Source: Spirochaetota bacterium
GTDB lineage: Bacteria > Spirochaetota > UBA4802 > UBA5550
Direction of reading: 5' to 3'
DNA: 64,000 bases
NCBI GenBank assembly: GCA_963664815.2
Contig: CAXXHB010000003.1
Location: forward strand, 96,001-160,000
The notes beneath the pieces were generated by a model. It searched no databases and was not told the origin of the DNA. It saw only the letters and a program-made list of their open reading frames with translations. The position numbers and the translations under genes were made by a program. Shown piece after piece: positions 1-8,916 of this stretch. How positions within the stretch are numbered: position 1 is the stretch's first letter; each line of letters begins with the position of its first letter.

Positions 1-399
1 GAAATTTCCGACGGTAACAAGAAAAAAGGGGATGATTTCCTCGCTTCCAATAAATCTAAAGAGGGTGTGAAGACAACCGCATCAGGCCTTCAGTACAGGG
101 TTATAAAAGAAGGGAACGGTGCAAAACCTAAATCAACAGATGTCGTAAAAGTTCATTATTCGGGAAGGCTTATTGACGGTAAAGAATTTGACAGCTCTTA
201 TAAAAGGAACGAACCGGCACAGTTTAAACTGGATGGTGTAATAAAGGGATGGACGGAAGGGGTTCAGCTTATGACTGTCGGGTCAAAATATGAGTTTGTT
301 ATACCTGCTGATCTTGCATATGGTCCTGCGGGAAATCAGGGTATTCCCGGTAATTCCGTACTTATTTTTGAAGTGGAACTTCTCAGTATAGGACAATAA
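1..399 (+). CDS. FKBP-type peptidyl-prolyl cis-trans isomerase (FkpA/FklB/Mip-like), 5' end outside window
   Basis: Frame is open from base 1 ([32 protein letters not shown]). FKBP motifs [36 protein letters not shown]. Confidence 0.95.
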   Translation, partial: EISDGNKKKGDDFLASNKSKEGVKTTASGLQYRVIKEGNGAKPKSTDVVKVHYSGRLIDGKEFDSSYKRNEPAQFKLDGVIKGWTEGVQLMTVGSKYEFVIPADLAYGPAGNQGIPGNSVLIFEVELLSIGQ

Positions 400-545
400 A
401 TACTCCCGGCAGACATAAACTGCAGTAATATGGTCAGAGGGCGTATTTCCCCTGACCATTCGTAAACTGGTTTTTGCCAGTCTGCTCAATTTTGACGGTA
501 ACAATACCGGAATATCTTATTAAAACAGAAAATATACAAAAAAAA

Positions 546-574
546 TTGACATAAAGAGAGAGATATTATAATAT
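546..574 (+). promoter_or_regulatory. Putative sigma70 promoter of the 632-4394 operon
   Basis: TTGACA at 546-551; overlapping TATAAT (567-572) / TAATAT (569-574); GGAG RBS before ATG 632. Confidence 0.55.
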
Positions 575-631
575 TTTGAGTATATCTGATTTCATGGTTA
601 GAGTCTGTAATTATATAATCTGGAGTTTAAC

Positions 632-2239
632 ATGGCAATGAAGCGAAGTTTTATAGAATTTCTGATCCCTGTAATATCTTTATTCTTAATATTATCCTGC
701 GAGTTTAATGTTCCCCTGAAAGAGGCTGTCACCGCAAGAAATGCGATTGAAGAAGCAAAAAAATACGATGCGGAAAAATATGCCCCGGATGAGATTAAAA
801 AAGCGGAGACTCTTCTGTTTCAGAGCCATGGTTTTATAACATCAGGTAAAGCAGATGATGCTAAAAAAGCTGCTGTTGATTCTTTTGCTTCAGCTCAGGA
901 AGCGGAGAAAAAAGCTCTTCCTCCATATGCTGCTGAAAAGATGAAAAAATCCGATGAAGCGTATGCTGAAGCTGATCAGGCGTATTCAGAAAAATTTTCA
1001 CCTGAAAAGTTTGCAGAAGCGAAATCGCTGAATGTCGAATCAAAATCTCTCTATGAAAAAAATGATTATAAAAAATCGGCAGATGCAGCGATGAAGTCAT
1101 ATGATCTTTCGGTTGCTGCAAAAAATGAATCTTTGAAAAATTCTTCTGCAATTGAGAGCGAGGTTAACACTGCAGAGAACAGGCTTTCAACCCTTAAGAG
1201 TGATAAATTCAGCAGTGCTGCGAAGGAGAATCTGGCAAACGCCGGGACTTCAATTGGTAATGCAAAAAAAGGTATGGAGAGCAGCGATTATAAAACCTCC
1301 CTCCATGAAATTGAAACAGCTAAAAAGGAACTTGAGGCTGCGGCTGATCTTATAAGAAAACAGAAGACTGCAGCCTCTATAGAAAAACTCAGGGCGGAAT
1401 TAAACGGACTTACTGGGAAAAGCGATTCGGCTGATGTGAAGCAGGATCTGGATAATGCAATGCTTGAATTAAATGGGGCGGAATCAGCTCTTGAACAGAA
1501 TAATATTACTGATGCGGAAATAAAAGTTGAAAATGCGGAGAAATTGATAAGCGGCTCGAATATCAAAATGAAGAAGAAAACAGCTCTTGATGCCATTGCG
1601 AAAGCCGATAAACTTCTGGGAGAGGCAAGGGATAAAGATCAGGATAAAAAATACAGTGAGAATCTGGATAAAGCTGAAAAGGTTCTTGATCAGGGAAGGT
1701 CATCAGTTGAAGCCGGGAAGTTTAATGATGGAATAAACAATGCAGAAGAGGCCGAGACAATAGTAAATGCGGTGCTGAATTCCATGGAAGCTGCTGCCGC
1801 GGAACTTGCAGTAAAATCGGCGAAGGAAGAACATGCTGAAGAAAAAAAACCGGCAGATGAAACAGCAGCTGCAGATAAAACAAAGATCGAAGAAAAAAAG
1901 CCGGCGGAAGAAACAGTAGTTTCAGAGAAAACAAAGATTGAAGAAAAAAGCGGGGAAAAGACTGAAGAAAAAGCTGTTGCCGCCGAGGATAAGAAAGAGG
2001 AACAGACCAGAACATACGTTGTTCAGTGGAGAAAAAAGAAAACTGATTGCCTGTGGAGGATAGCCGAAAAAGTTTACAAGGATGCTTCATTATGGCCTGC
2101 AATTTATCTTGCGAACAGGGAACAGATAAAGGATCCGGATCTTATATTCCCCGGTCAGAAATTTATTATTCCTCCCAAGCCGCAGAAAAAAACCTCATAT
2201 AAAAAAGTTAAGGAGCAGATTAAAGAAAAATCTAAATGA
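632..2239 (+). CDS. LipL71/LruA-like lipoprotein: Ala/Lys/Glu-rich helical repeats plus C-terminal LysM domain
   Basis: Spirochaetal lipobox LILSC; AEKYAP-type helical repeats; C-terminal YVV...DCLWRIAEKVYKDASLWPAIYLANREQIKDPDLIFPGQKFIIP (LysM). Confidence 0.85.
   Translation: MAMKRSFIEFLIPVISLFLILSCEFNVPLKEAVTARNAIEEAKKYDAEKYAPDEIKKAETLLFQSHGFITSGKADDAKKAAVDSFASAQEAEKKALPPYAAEKMKKSDEAYAEADQAYSEKFSPEKFAEAKSLNVESKSLYEKNDYKKSADAAMKSYDLSVAAKNESLKNSSAIESEVNTAENRLSTLKSDKFSSAAKENLANAGTSIGNAKKGMESSDYKTSLHEIETAKKELEAAADLIRKQKTAASIEKLRAELNGLTGKSDSADVKQDLDNAMLELNGAESALEQNNITDAEIKVENAEKLISGSNIKMKKKTALDAIAKADKLLGEARDKDQDKKYSENLDKAEKVLDQGRSSVEAGKFNDGINNAEEAETIVNAVLNSMEAAAAELAVKSAKEEHAEEKKPADETAAADKTKIEEKKPAEETVVSEKTKIEEKSGEKTEEKAVAAEDKKEEQTRTYVVQWRKKKTDCLWRIAEKVYKDASLWPAIYLANREQIKDPDLIFPGQKFIIPPKPQKKTSYKKVKEQIKEKSK
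1838..1948 (+). repeat. Intragenic 51-nt tandem repeat (2 copies plus a partial third)
   Basis: Units start at 1838, 1889 and 1940 and encode EEKKPADETAAADKTKI / EEKKPAEETVVSEKTKI / EEK. Confidence 0.85.
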
Positions 2240-3447
2240 TAAAAAAATTTTCAGCTTTAATATTTCTTGTTTTTTTAATCAATGTCCCTCTACAGTCGAG
2301 GGACATTGATTTAGACGGCATCTATCTTGATAAGAGTTCCGGTCTCTACAGGCAGATAACAGCAGACAAGGAGAGACTTTACAGCAACATATCATCTCTG
2401 TTTATAGACAGTAATGTTATTTACGCGGAATGGTCAGGCGGGGATGAATTAATCTATATAAAAGAATTTGCCGGGATAAATATAGTTTATAAGTATGTAA
2501 GGATAAACCGCAGCAGAAGCGAAATTGGAAGGTTCGGCGGTACAGTAACCTCGGTACTGATGAGTAGAGATAACAGTTATTTATACGCTAAAACCCTGTT
2601 TTACAATGAAGACGCTGAGGCTGTCTCGGAAACCGTAACAGTTGATATAAACTCAAAAGAAATAAGTAAAAAAAAATCAGGTTTTCTCTTTCTGGATTTT
2701 ACAATGTATCCTTCGGGAAACAGTATTGTTTATAAGAACGGTCAGGGAATTGTTAAAACCGATACTGCTACCGGTAACAGCAGGCTTCTCCTGCCGGGTG
2801 AAACCTTCACAAATTTATCGGAGGGGGGAGATCCTGTGCTGGCATTTATTTCACCTGATGAAAAGAAAACTATCCTGGTTTCGGGGAATGGAGGTTCCTA
2901 CAGGACAAGAATTATTTCTCCGGCGGGAGGGGTTGATCTTGCGGGGGTCTCTTCAGGGACTGATTTAAGGTGGATAGACAACAACAGGTTTGTCTACAGG
3001 TCTGGCGGAGGAGGGGATTATTCTGTCAGGGTTTATGACCTTACTTCCGGAAAATCAAAAGAGCTTCTTTCCGGAACATTAAATCCCGATATAAATTATT
3101 CGGAAATTCCCGGTATTATTACATGCCTTGATAACCAGGTTATTACAGTAATCTCCCGCGATCTTAAGAGAAGAATAGATACCGGCATCGAAGGGGAGGA
3201 GTCGTATTTTTCTCCCGACGGAAGAAAGTTCACATCCATATATCTCGGAAAGCTTTATGTAAACAGTTTGAACATGGTGGAGAAGTACAGTATTGAAATC
3301 AGAAGAAATGCGGAAGATCTTCTTAAGTTATATCGAAAAGCGGCTGAGATGAAAAGCATCTGGGAGAATGATTATTCCGGAGAATACATAGGGAAAAAAG
3401 TTAAGCAGTATGACAGATTCCTGAAAATTAAAGAGAATAAAAGATGA
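2236..3447 (+). CDS. Exported TolB/WD40-like beta-propeller protein
   Basis: Signal peptide; repeated PD40-like turns (WSGGDE, MSRDN, ISPDEKK, WIDNNRF, FSPDGRKF); ATGA overlap with upstream gene. Confidence 0.7.
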   Translation: MIKKFSALIFLVFLINVPLQSRDIDLDGIYLDKSSGLYRQITADKERLYSNISSLFIDSNVIYAEWSGGDELIYIKEFAGINIVYKYVRINRSRSEIGRFGGTVTSVLMSRDNSYLYAKTLFYNEDAEAVSETVTVDINSKEISKKKSGFLFLDFTMYPSGNSIVYKNGQGIVKTDTATGNSRLLLPGETFTNLSEGGDPVLAFISPDEKKTILVSGNGGSYRTRIISPAGGVDLAGVSSGTDLRWIDNNRFVYRSGGGGDYSVRVYDLTSGKSKELLSGTLNPDINYSEIPGIITCLDNQVITVISRDLKRRIDTGIEGEESYFSPDGRKFTSIYLGKLYVNSLNMVEKYSIEIRRNAEDLLKLYRKAAEMKSIWENDYSGEYIGKKVKQYDRFLKIKENKR

Positions 3448-4394
3448 TAAACAAAAGGTCGCTGAACCGGTTTTTCAGATTGTACTTTTACAGGTTAAAT
3501 CATGGAGTATCTGCCGGCTCCAGGATGATGACTGCCGAAGAGTTCATCGGGGAAAAAAGGAACCAGTCTCCGGTGAAAAAAAGATGGATAGTCAATCTGG
3601 CACTTTTTTTTGTAACTCTGGCAACTACGACTCTTGCCGGTGCAGATTATAATGATGATATGATAAAATCAGTGCTCAGCGGACTTCCATACTCTCTTAC
3701 ACTGATGCTGATACTCGGTGTTCATGAATTCGGGCATTATTTTGCGGCACGAAGATTCGGAGTTGAAGCTACACTCCCTTTTTTTATTCCGTTTCCGTCA
3801 ATTGTAGGGACTATGGGCGCTGTAATAAAAACAAAATCACCGATACCGCACAGGAAGGCGCTTTTCTACATTGGTGTAATGGGGCCGGTTCCAGGATTTA
3901 TCATAAGCCTTACAGCAGTAATCACCGGTGTTGCATTTTCAAGGGTTCTGCCTCTCCCTCCGGCTGACGGATTAACTCCGATTTTCGGGGATTCAATACT
4001 TTTTGGATTAATTGTCCGTTTTTTTCACGGGAATATACCGTCAGGATTTGATATTGCTCTTCATCCGGTTGCATGGGCGGGATGGATAGGATTTCTGATA
4101 ACCAGTTTAAACCTTATTCCCATAGGTCAGCTGGATGGAGGCCATGTTTTGTATTCTTTAATCGGGAGAAAACAGGTGTATGCCGGATGGGCTTCACTGG
4201 CTGCCCTTATTGTGCTTACATTTATATGGTCGGGGTGGAGCGTCTGGATTATCCTCACTCTGCTGCTTCTCATGGTTGCGCATCCCGAAATTCCTGAAAC
4301 AGTGGAACTTTCATTTAAAGAAAAAGTTGCAGGATGGCTCTGCATGGTTATATTTGTAATTACATTTATTCCCGTTCCTGTCCGGGTGTACTGA
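3444..4394 (+). CDS. Site-2 protease (peptidase M50), intramembrane zinc metalloprotease without PDZ domain
   Basis: HEFGH zinc motif, GPxxG motif, NLIPIGQLDGGH motif, multiple TM segments; ATGA overlap with upstream gene. Confidence 0.93.
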   Translation: MINKRSLNRFFRLYFYRLNHGVSAGSRMMTAEEFIGEKRNQSPVKKRWIVNLALFFVTLATTTLAGADYNDDMIKSVLSGLPYSLTLMLILGVHEFGHYFAARRFGVEATLPFFIPFPSIVGTMGAVIKTKSPIPHRKALFYIGVMGPVPGFIISLTAVITGVAFSRVLPLPPADGLTPIFGDSILFGLIVRFFHGNIPSGFDIALHPVAWAGWIGFLITSLNLIPIGQLDGGHVLYSLIGRKQVYAGWASLAALIVLTFIWSGWSVWIILTLLLLMVAHPEIPETVELSFKEKVAGWLCMVIFVITFIPVPVRVY

Positions 4395-4752
4395 CAGTTA
4401 TTGAGTTAACATCAAGGTACTTTCTGTAGTTTTTGATTATTTTAAAGATAACAATAATATCAGCGGCAAACCATATGATACATACGTATATAAATGTTGT
4501 CATGTTCATCCCGGTATTGAGTATCTCAAACAGGTCACTCTTATCAAAAACCATGATACCATAAATAAAAAATGCAGTTGTCATACTTGTTATAACAGTA
4601 ATCATGAAGAGGATTTTGTATATGCTGCCGTATTTTGTGAGAGACGCGTAAAGCATAACAATAATCAGAAGGAGTATGATAAAACTCATAGTTAAAGCCT
4701 CCATAACTGCCCTGGCTTGTTTTTTTGAATAATTTAATAAGCGGAAGCTCAC
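4366..4752 (-). CDS. Hypothetical small membrane protein (about 3 TM); start may be ATG at 4704
   Basis: Three long hydrophobic stretches; same strand as the upstream cluster; 3' end overlaps the convergent M50 gene by 29 nt. Confidence 0.6.
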   Translation of the reverse strand: MSFRLLNYSKKQARAVMEALTMSFIILLLIIVMLYASLTKYGSIYKILFMITVITSMTTAFFIYGIMVFDKSDLFEILNTGMNMTTFIYVCIIWFAADIIVIFKIIKNYRKYLDVNSITVSTPGQERE

Positions 4753-4755
4753 TTT

Positions 4756-4796
4756 ACTGTTAACGGTAGCATCAGAATGACAGAACCGTTAACAGT
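4756..4796. repeat. Perfect 12-bp inverted repeat with 17-nt spacer
   Basis: ACTGTTAACGGT (4756-4767) and ACCGTTAACAGT (4785-4796). Confidence 0.8.
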
Positions 4797-4805
4797 TTAA
4801 TAAAA

Positions 4806-5525
4806 TTATTCTTTATGAAATCCCCAGTTGAAAAAGAAGAATCCACTGTTATTTATATGATAAATTATTGACCGGTCATTTTTGTCAATTTTAAATACTG
4901 ATTTTGAGGAATTTTCGATATCGGCATATTCATTAAAATTAAGTTTAGAATCGACAAATTTAATTTTTAAAAGTTTTCCTTCATTCATGAACTCATAATA
5001 GAAAAAAGTATTGCTGTAATTTTCAGTGAAAATCTTTGAATTAAGAACCGCAGCGCCTCCCGAAAGGAAAAACATTTTTGCCGGTACCATTTCTCCTCCG
5101 GGATAAATATATGTATCAGCAAGCAGTAAAGATGAAGACTCAAACGCTTTAACAAAATCCGCGCTTAAGTTTCCTTTTTGCTCAGCGAATGAAACTTTTA
5201 GCTGTTCAGTGACAGAACCGGCTGTGCCTACTGATGTATCCTGTACCCATCCGCTTTTCCCGTTCCACTGGGTTTTGTACCATATGGTTTTATCCTCTGC
5301 AGATGCGGATTTTACTTTGTCAGATGATTCTGTCAGCGTAATTTTTTCTCCAAATGGTATTACAGTAACCATTGAACTCTTAACATCGGGTGACGATTTC
5401 AGAATAATACCTTCAGGATTCTGACTGAAGGCGTCGCGGGGGAGAACCTCCGCAGTTTTCTGCTTGCATGATATTATTGATATCATAACAATTGATGCCA
5501 ATAGTACTATTTGTGTTTTTTTCAT
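4806..5525 (-). CDS. SH3b-domain lipoprotein
   Basis: Lipobox IISC; LKSSPDVKS...IPFGEKI...WYKTQWNGKSGWV matches a bacterial SH3 pattern. Confidence 0.8.
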   Translation of the reverse strand: MKKTQIVLLASIVMISIISCKQKTAEVLPRDAFSQNPEGIILKSSPDVKSSMVTVIPFGEKITLTESSDKVKSASAEDKTIWYKTQWNGKSGWVQDTSVGTAGSVTEQLKVSFAEQKGNLSADFVKAFESSSLLLADTYIYPGGEMVPAKMFFLSGGAAVLNSKIFTENYSNTFFYYEFMNEGKLLKIKFVDSKLNFNEYADIENSSKSVFKIDKNDRSIIYHINNSGFFFFNWGFHKE

Positions 5526-5528
5526 ATC

Positions 5529-8500
5529 CTACCTCACTAGTTGTTTTATTTCATTAATTGAACTTTTTGCCGCATAGTCGGAAGCTGTTTTACCATCAGT
5601 GTCTTTTATGTCAAGAACTGCTCCGCGGGCTCTGAGAACTGGAACAATATCTGCAACCTTCTGATAGTTCTTCTGGTTGGCTTCTTTAATTACATGAGTC
5701 AGGGCTGTCCGGCCTTTGCTGTCCTTAAAGTTGATATCTGCTCCGTTTTTTATCAGAAGGTCAATAAGTTCTGTTACAGCTTTTTTCTCTTTATCTGAAA
5801 TTTTATATTCACCGATGTAATCCATCACAATCCTTTTAAGCGCGGTGTTGCCGTCGCTGTCTGTTCCATTGACATTGGCGCCCCCTTTAATCAGCGCTTC
5901 AATGATAACAGCATTTTTCGTTTTACAGGCTATGCTCAGGGGTGTCCGCCCGTATTTATCTGGGAGATCGGCATTTGAACCTTTGGAAGTCAGTTCGGCA
6001 ATAAGTTTTGCTGCCTGTGTGGACTTCGGCTTATCTTTCACAGTCGAATACTGCGTTTTTGACAGAACCATAATCAGTGTTTCATTTTTCTGGTTGAGGA
6101 TATTGGAGTCCCCTCCGTTTTTAATGAAAAGACTTACTATGTTGAATTTTTCAAGAGCTGCAGCTTCATGGAGAAGAGGTGTTCCCGAGGTTGTCCTGTC
6201 GTTGATTTCTGCGCCGGCTTTAACAAGGAGCTCAGCGCACAGGTAGGCGCCTTCGCCTGATGCTTTGATTGCTTTATAGAGGGCGGATTCTCCTGCTTTA
6301 TCCTTGAGCTTAAAGTCTGCTCCGCCGGTTATAAGGGCTTTGACAATATTGCTGTAACCTTTTTCTGATGCCAGCATTATGGCTGTTTTATTTTCTAAAT
6401 TCACAGAGTTAAGGTCTGTCTTGTTTTTTACAAGAGAGTTTATAAAACCAGGTTTATTCCCAAGGGCTGACATGTGCAGAAGTGTATTGCCGTTTTCAAA
6501 TTTTTCATTTGACGGGGCGCCCGCGGCAACAAGCATATCGAAAATATCCGGTCTGTTTTTTTCAAAAGAGATAAGAACAACACTTTTGCCGCCAGAAGTT
6601 TTTACACTGGTATCAGCTTTTGTTCCTGGTTCTGTTTTATCTTTAAGAAGCAGAGATACTGTTCTGGAATCGCTTTTTGTTACAGCGGTAATAAGAGGGG
6701 TATTCCCGGCATTATCCTTTTCGTTAAGTTCAGCACCTGCTGAAATCAGAAACTCTATAATCTGTGTTCTTCCCTTATCAATGGCATGGTTAAGAGGGTA
6801 GAGACCCCCCATATATTTTTTATTAATATCGCCTTTTTTTTCAACAAGGAGTTTGAGAGTTACGATATCGTTTTTTTCTATGGTGAGGTAAAACAGGGTT
6901 TTCCCGTCAGAATTCTCCACTCCGGGATTAGCACCATTGTTGAGGAGAAGATTCAGCATGGCTTTGCTTTTTTCATATGCCGTTATTACGAGTTTTGAAT
7001 TCTTCCAGTCATTGCCATTCGGATCTGCGCCGTTTTTCAGAAAAAAATCTGCATTATCTGTAAGGTTTGCATAAACGGCTATTGCAAGAGGAGTGCGGCC
7101 GGCGGCATCAATTTCCAATACCCATTGCTGATTTACTGTGAGCATTGAAAGTAGTGTCGAGCCGCCTTTAGCGGAGGCAAGATAATGAAGAACTGACATC
7201 CCCTGCAGGTCTTTATCTTTTAGATTTATTTTTTCCTGCTGATTAAGAAGAAGTTTTGCAAACTGGAGTTTCCCCTTTTCGATTGATACAAAGAGCGGGG
7301 TTTTCCCGGCAGCATTTTTAATGTTGAAATCGGGATTCGATGTCGCAAGGGAATTGAGGAACGCAATGTCATTTTTTTCAGCGGAAAGGTGAAGCATTGA
7401 GTTTCCCTCGCCGTCTTTGAGAGAGATATCAGCTCCGCGTTTTATCAGTTCGGTAAATGCCGGCTTCAGATTCTTTTTATAGGCATAAAGAACAATTGGA
7501 TCTGTGCCATGTTCTTTGATGTTTATATTAAGTCCTTTATCGAGAAGTGTTATAAAACCTGAAATATTTCCTGAATCAACAGCGACTGCAGCAGAAGAGA
7601 TTCCGGAGCCGTCGGGCTCATTGACATTTCCGCCGCTTTCAATAATCTGTGCTATAATTTTGTCCCATTCTTTTCCTTTAACTGCGGATGCGTAGTGAAG
7701 AGCGGTTTTTCCGGAAGAATCCTTTTTTTTAACGTCGATACCTTTACTTATAAGAAACTGAGATAGTGATGAATTTTTTCCTTCAATAGTATTTACAAGA
7801 AGAGTTTTCCCCGTGCTGTCGGTAAATTTAAAGTCAGCCCCTGCATCAATAAGCGCCTGTACGTTTTCCCATCTCTTGCTGCTTATAGCAGTGTTAAGCG
7901 GAGTTGATCCTGCGGTATCCTTTTTATTTATGTTAATGCCATAGGCGGAAAAAGCCGTGATAGTTTTTCCGTTGTTTTTCCCGGCAGCAAGGAGATGCAT
8001 TATATTTTTTCCTGAGTAGTCAGATGTGTCTGCAGTGTATCCGTTTTGCAAAAGAAATTCGGCGGTTTTTAAATAGCCCTTTTCCATGGCAATAAAAAGA
8101 GGAGTTCTTCCCTGGGATCCTTTCATATCGATAATGGCTTTCTTTTCAATCAGGTATTTAATTGTAACCATATCGTTTTTTAAAACAGCAAGATGAAGTA
8201 TTGTATCTTTTGCAGCATTTACTCCATTTATATTTGCCCCTTTTTCTGCAAGCATCTTCATTATATTAAACTGTTTTGATTCATAAGCAAAAACAATAGC
8301 CGGCCTGTTGCCTATGAAATAGTCAGGAGTTACACCCCTGGTCATCAGGAGTTCAAGAGCGTGAATATTCCCTTTGCTTATTGCAATTTCTGCCGGATTT
8401 TGTCTTGGTGAACTGAAGTTCAGCGCATGAACATCGGCCCCTTTATTTATAGCCTTTTCCATCAATTCAAGGGCTTCCTTCCTGCTGCTTGAAGCAAGAA

Positions 8501-8795
8501 AGTGGAGTATTGTATTTCCCTTTGAATCAGCTGATTTTATATTTGCCCTTTCATCAATCAGCAGTGACGCAGCAGCATACTTTCCTCCGGAAACGGCAAG
8601 GAGAAGCAGGGTCTTTCCTGAACTGTCGGCAGTATCAACACTTAAACCGGTGCCGAGTAACTCCTGAATTACTTTTGTGTTGCCGGTTTTTGCGGCATTT
8701 ATCAGTTTTGTTTCAGTGGCGGAACCATTTGTTAAACCGGTAAAGAAGAAAAAAACAGCTGCTAAAAAAAATATAACAATCTTTTTCATAATCAT
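5529..8795 (-). CDS. Large exported ankyrin-repeat protein (about 30 repeats by length)
   Basis: Signal peptide, then repeated G-x-T-P/A-L-H/x-x-A...L-L-x-x-G-A-D-x-N units across the whole 1088 aa. Confidence 0.95.
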   Translation of the reverse strand: MIMKKIVIFFLAAVFFFFTGLTNGSATETKLINAAKTGNTKVIQELLGTGLSVDTADSSGKTLLLLAVSGGKYAAASLLIDERANIKSADSKGNTILHFLASSSRKEALELMEKAINKGADVHALNFSSPRQNPAEIAISKGNIHALELLMTRGVTPDYFIGNRPAIVFAYESKQFNIMKMLAEKGANINGVNAAKDTILHLAVLKNDMVTIKYLIEKKAIIDMKGSQGRTPLFIAMEKGYLKTAEFLLQNGYTADTSDYSGKNIMHLLAAGKNNGKTITAFSAYGININKKDTAGSTPLNTAISSKRWENVQALIDAGADFKFTDSTGKTLLVNTIEGKNSSLSQFLISKGIDVKKKDSSGKTALHYASAVKGKEWDKIIAQIIESGGNVNEPDGSGISSAAVAVDSGNISGFITLLDKGLNINIKEHGTDPIVLYAYKKNLKPAFTELIKRGADISLKDGEGNSMLHLSAEKNDIAFLNSLATSNPDFNIKNAAGKTPLFVSIEKGKLQFAKLLLNQQEKINLKDKDLQGMSVLHYLASAKGGSTLLSMLTVNQQWVLEIDAAGRTPLAIAVYANLTDNADFFLKNGADPNGNDWKNSKLVITAYEKSKAMLNLLLNNGANPGVENSDGKTLFYLTIEKNDIVTLKLLVEKKGDINKKYMGGLYPLNHAIDKGRTQIIEFLISAGAELNEKDNAGNTPLITAVTKSDSRTVSLLLKDKTEPGTKADTSVKTSGGKSVVLISFEKNRPDIFDMLVAAGAPSNEKFENGNTLLHMSALGNKPGFINSLVKNKTDLNSVNLENKTAIMLASEKGYSNIVKALITGGADFKLKDKAGESALYKAIKASGEGAYLCAELLVKAGAEINDRTTSGTPLLHEAAALEKFNIVSLFIKNGGDSNILNQKNETLIMVLSKTQYSTVKDKPKSTQAAKLIAELTSKGSNADLPDKYGRTPLSIACKTKNAVIIEALIKGGANVNGTDSDGNTALKRIVMDYIGEYKISDKEKKAVTELIDLLIKNGADINFKDSKGRTALTHVIKEANQKNYQKVADIVPVLRARGAVLDIKDTDGKTASDYAAKSSINEIKQLVR

Positions 8796-8841
8796 TTCCT
8801 TGTTATTTAATTATACCTTTTATAACCGAATTTATTACAGA

Positions 8842-8859
8842 GGCTGGCGGATGCCAGCC
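8842..8859. other. GC-rich stem-loop between the M23 gene and the ankyrin gene
   Basis: GGCTGGC-GGAT-GCCAGCC, 7-bp perfect stem; no clear U-tract. Confidence 0.5.
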
Positions 8860-8916
8860 CATTAATTGTTTCAGAGTTGCCAGGAAGCAGGGATACAGTA
8901 AAAGCCGACATGAACG

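Noticed and set aside
5845-8865. Plus-strand ORFs of 60-140 aa inside the ankyrin gene
   Set aside because: Antisense shadows of a well-supported gene, with no RBS or motif.
8870-8900. CAGGAAGCAG resembling the SRP RNA core
   Set aside because: The CAGG-N-CCGGAAGG tetraloop hairpin and the long flanking stem are absent.
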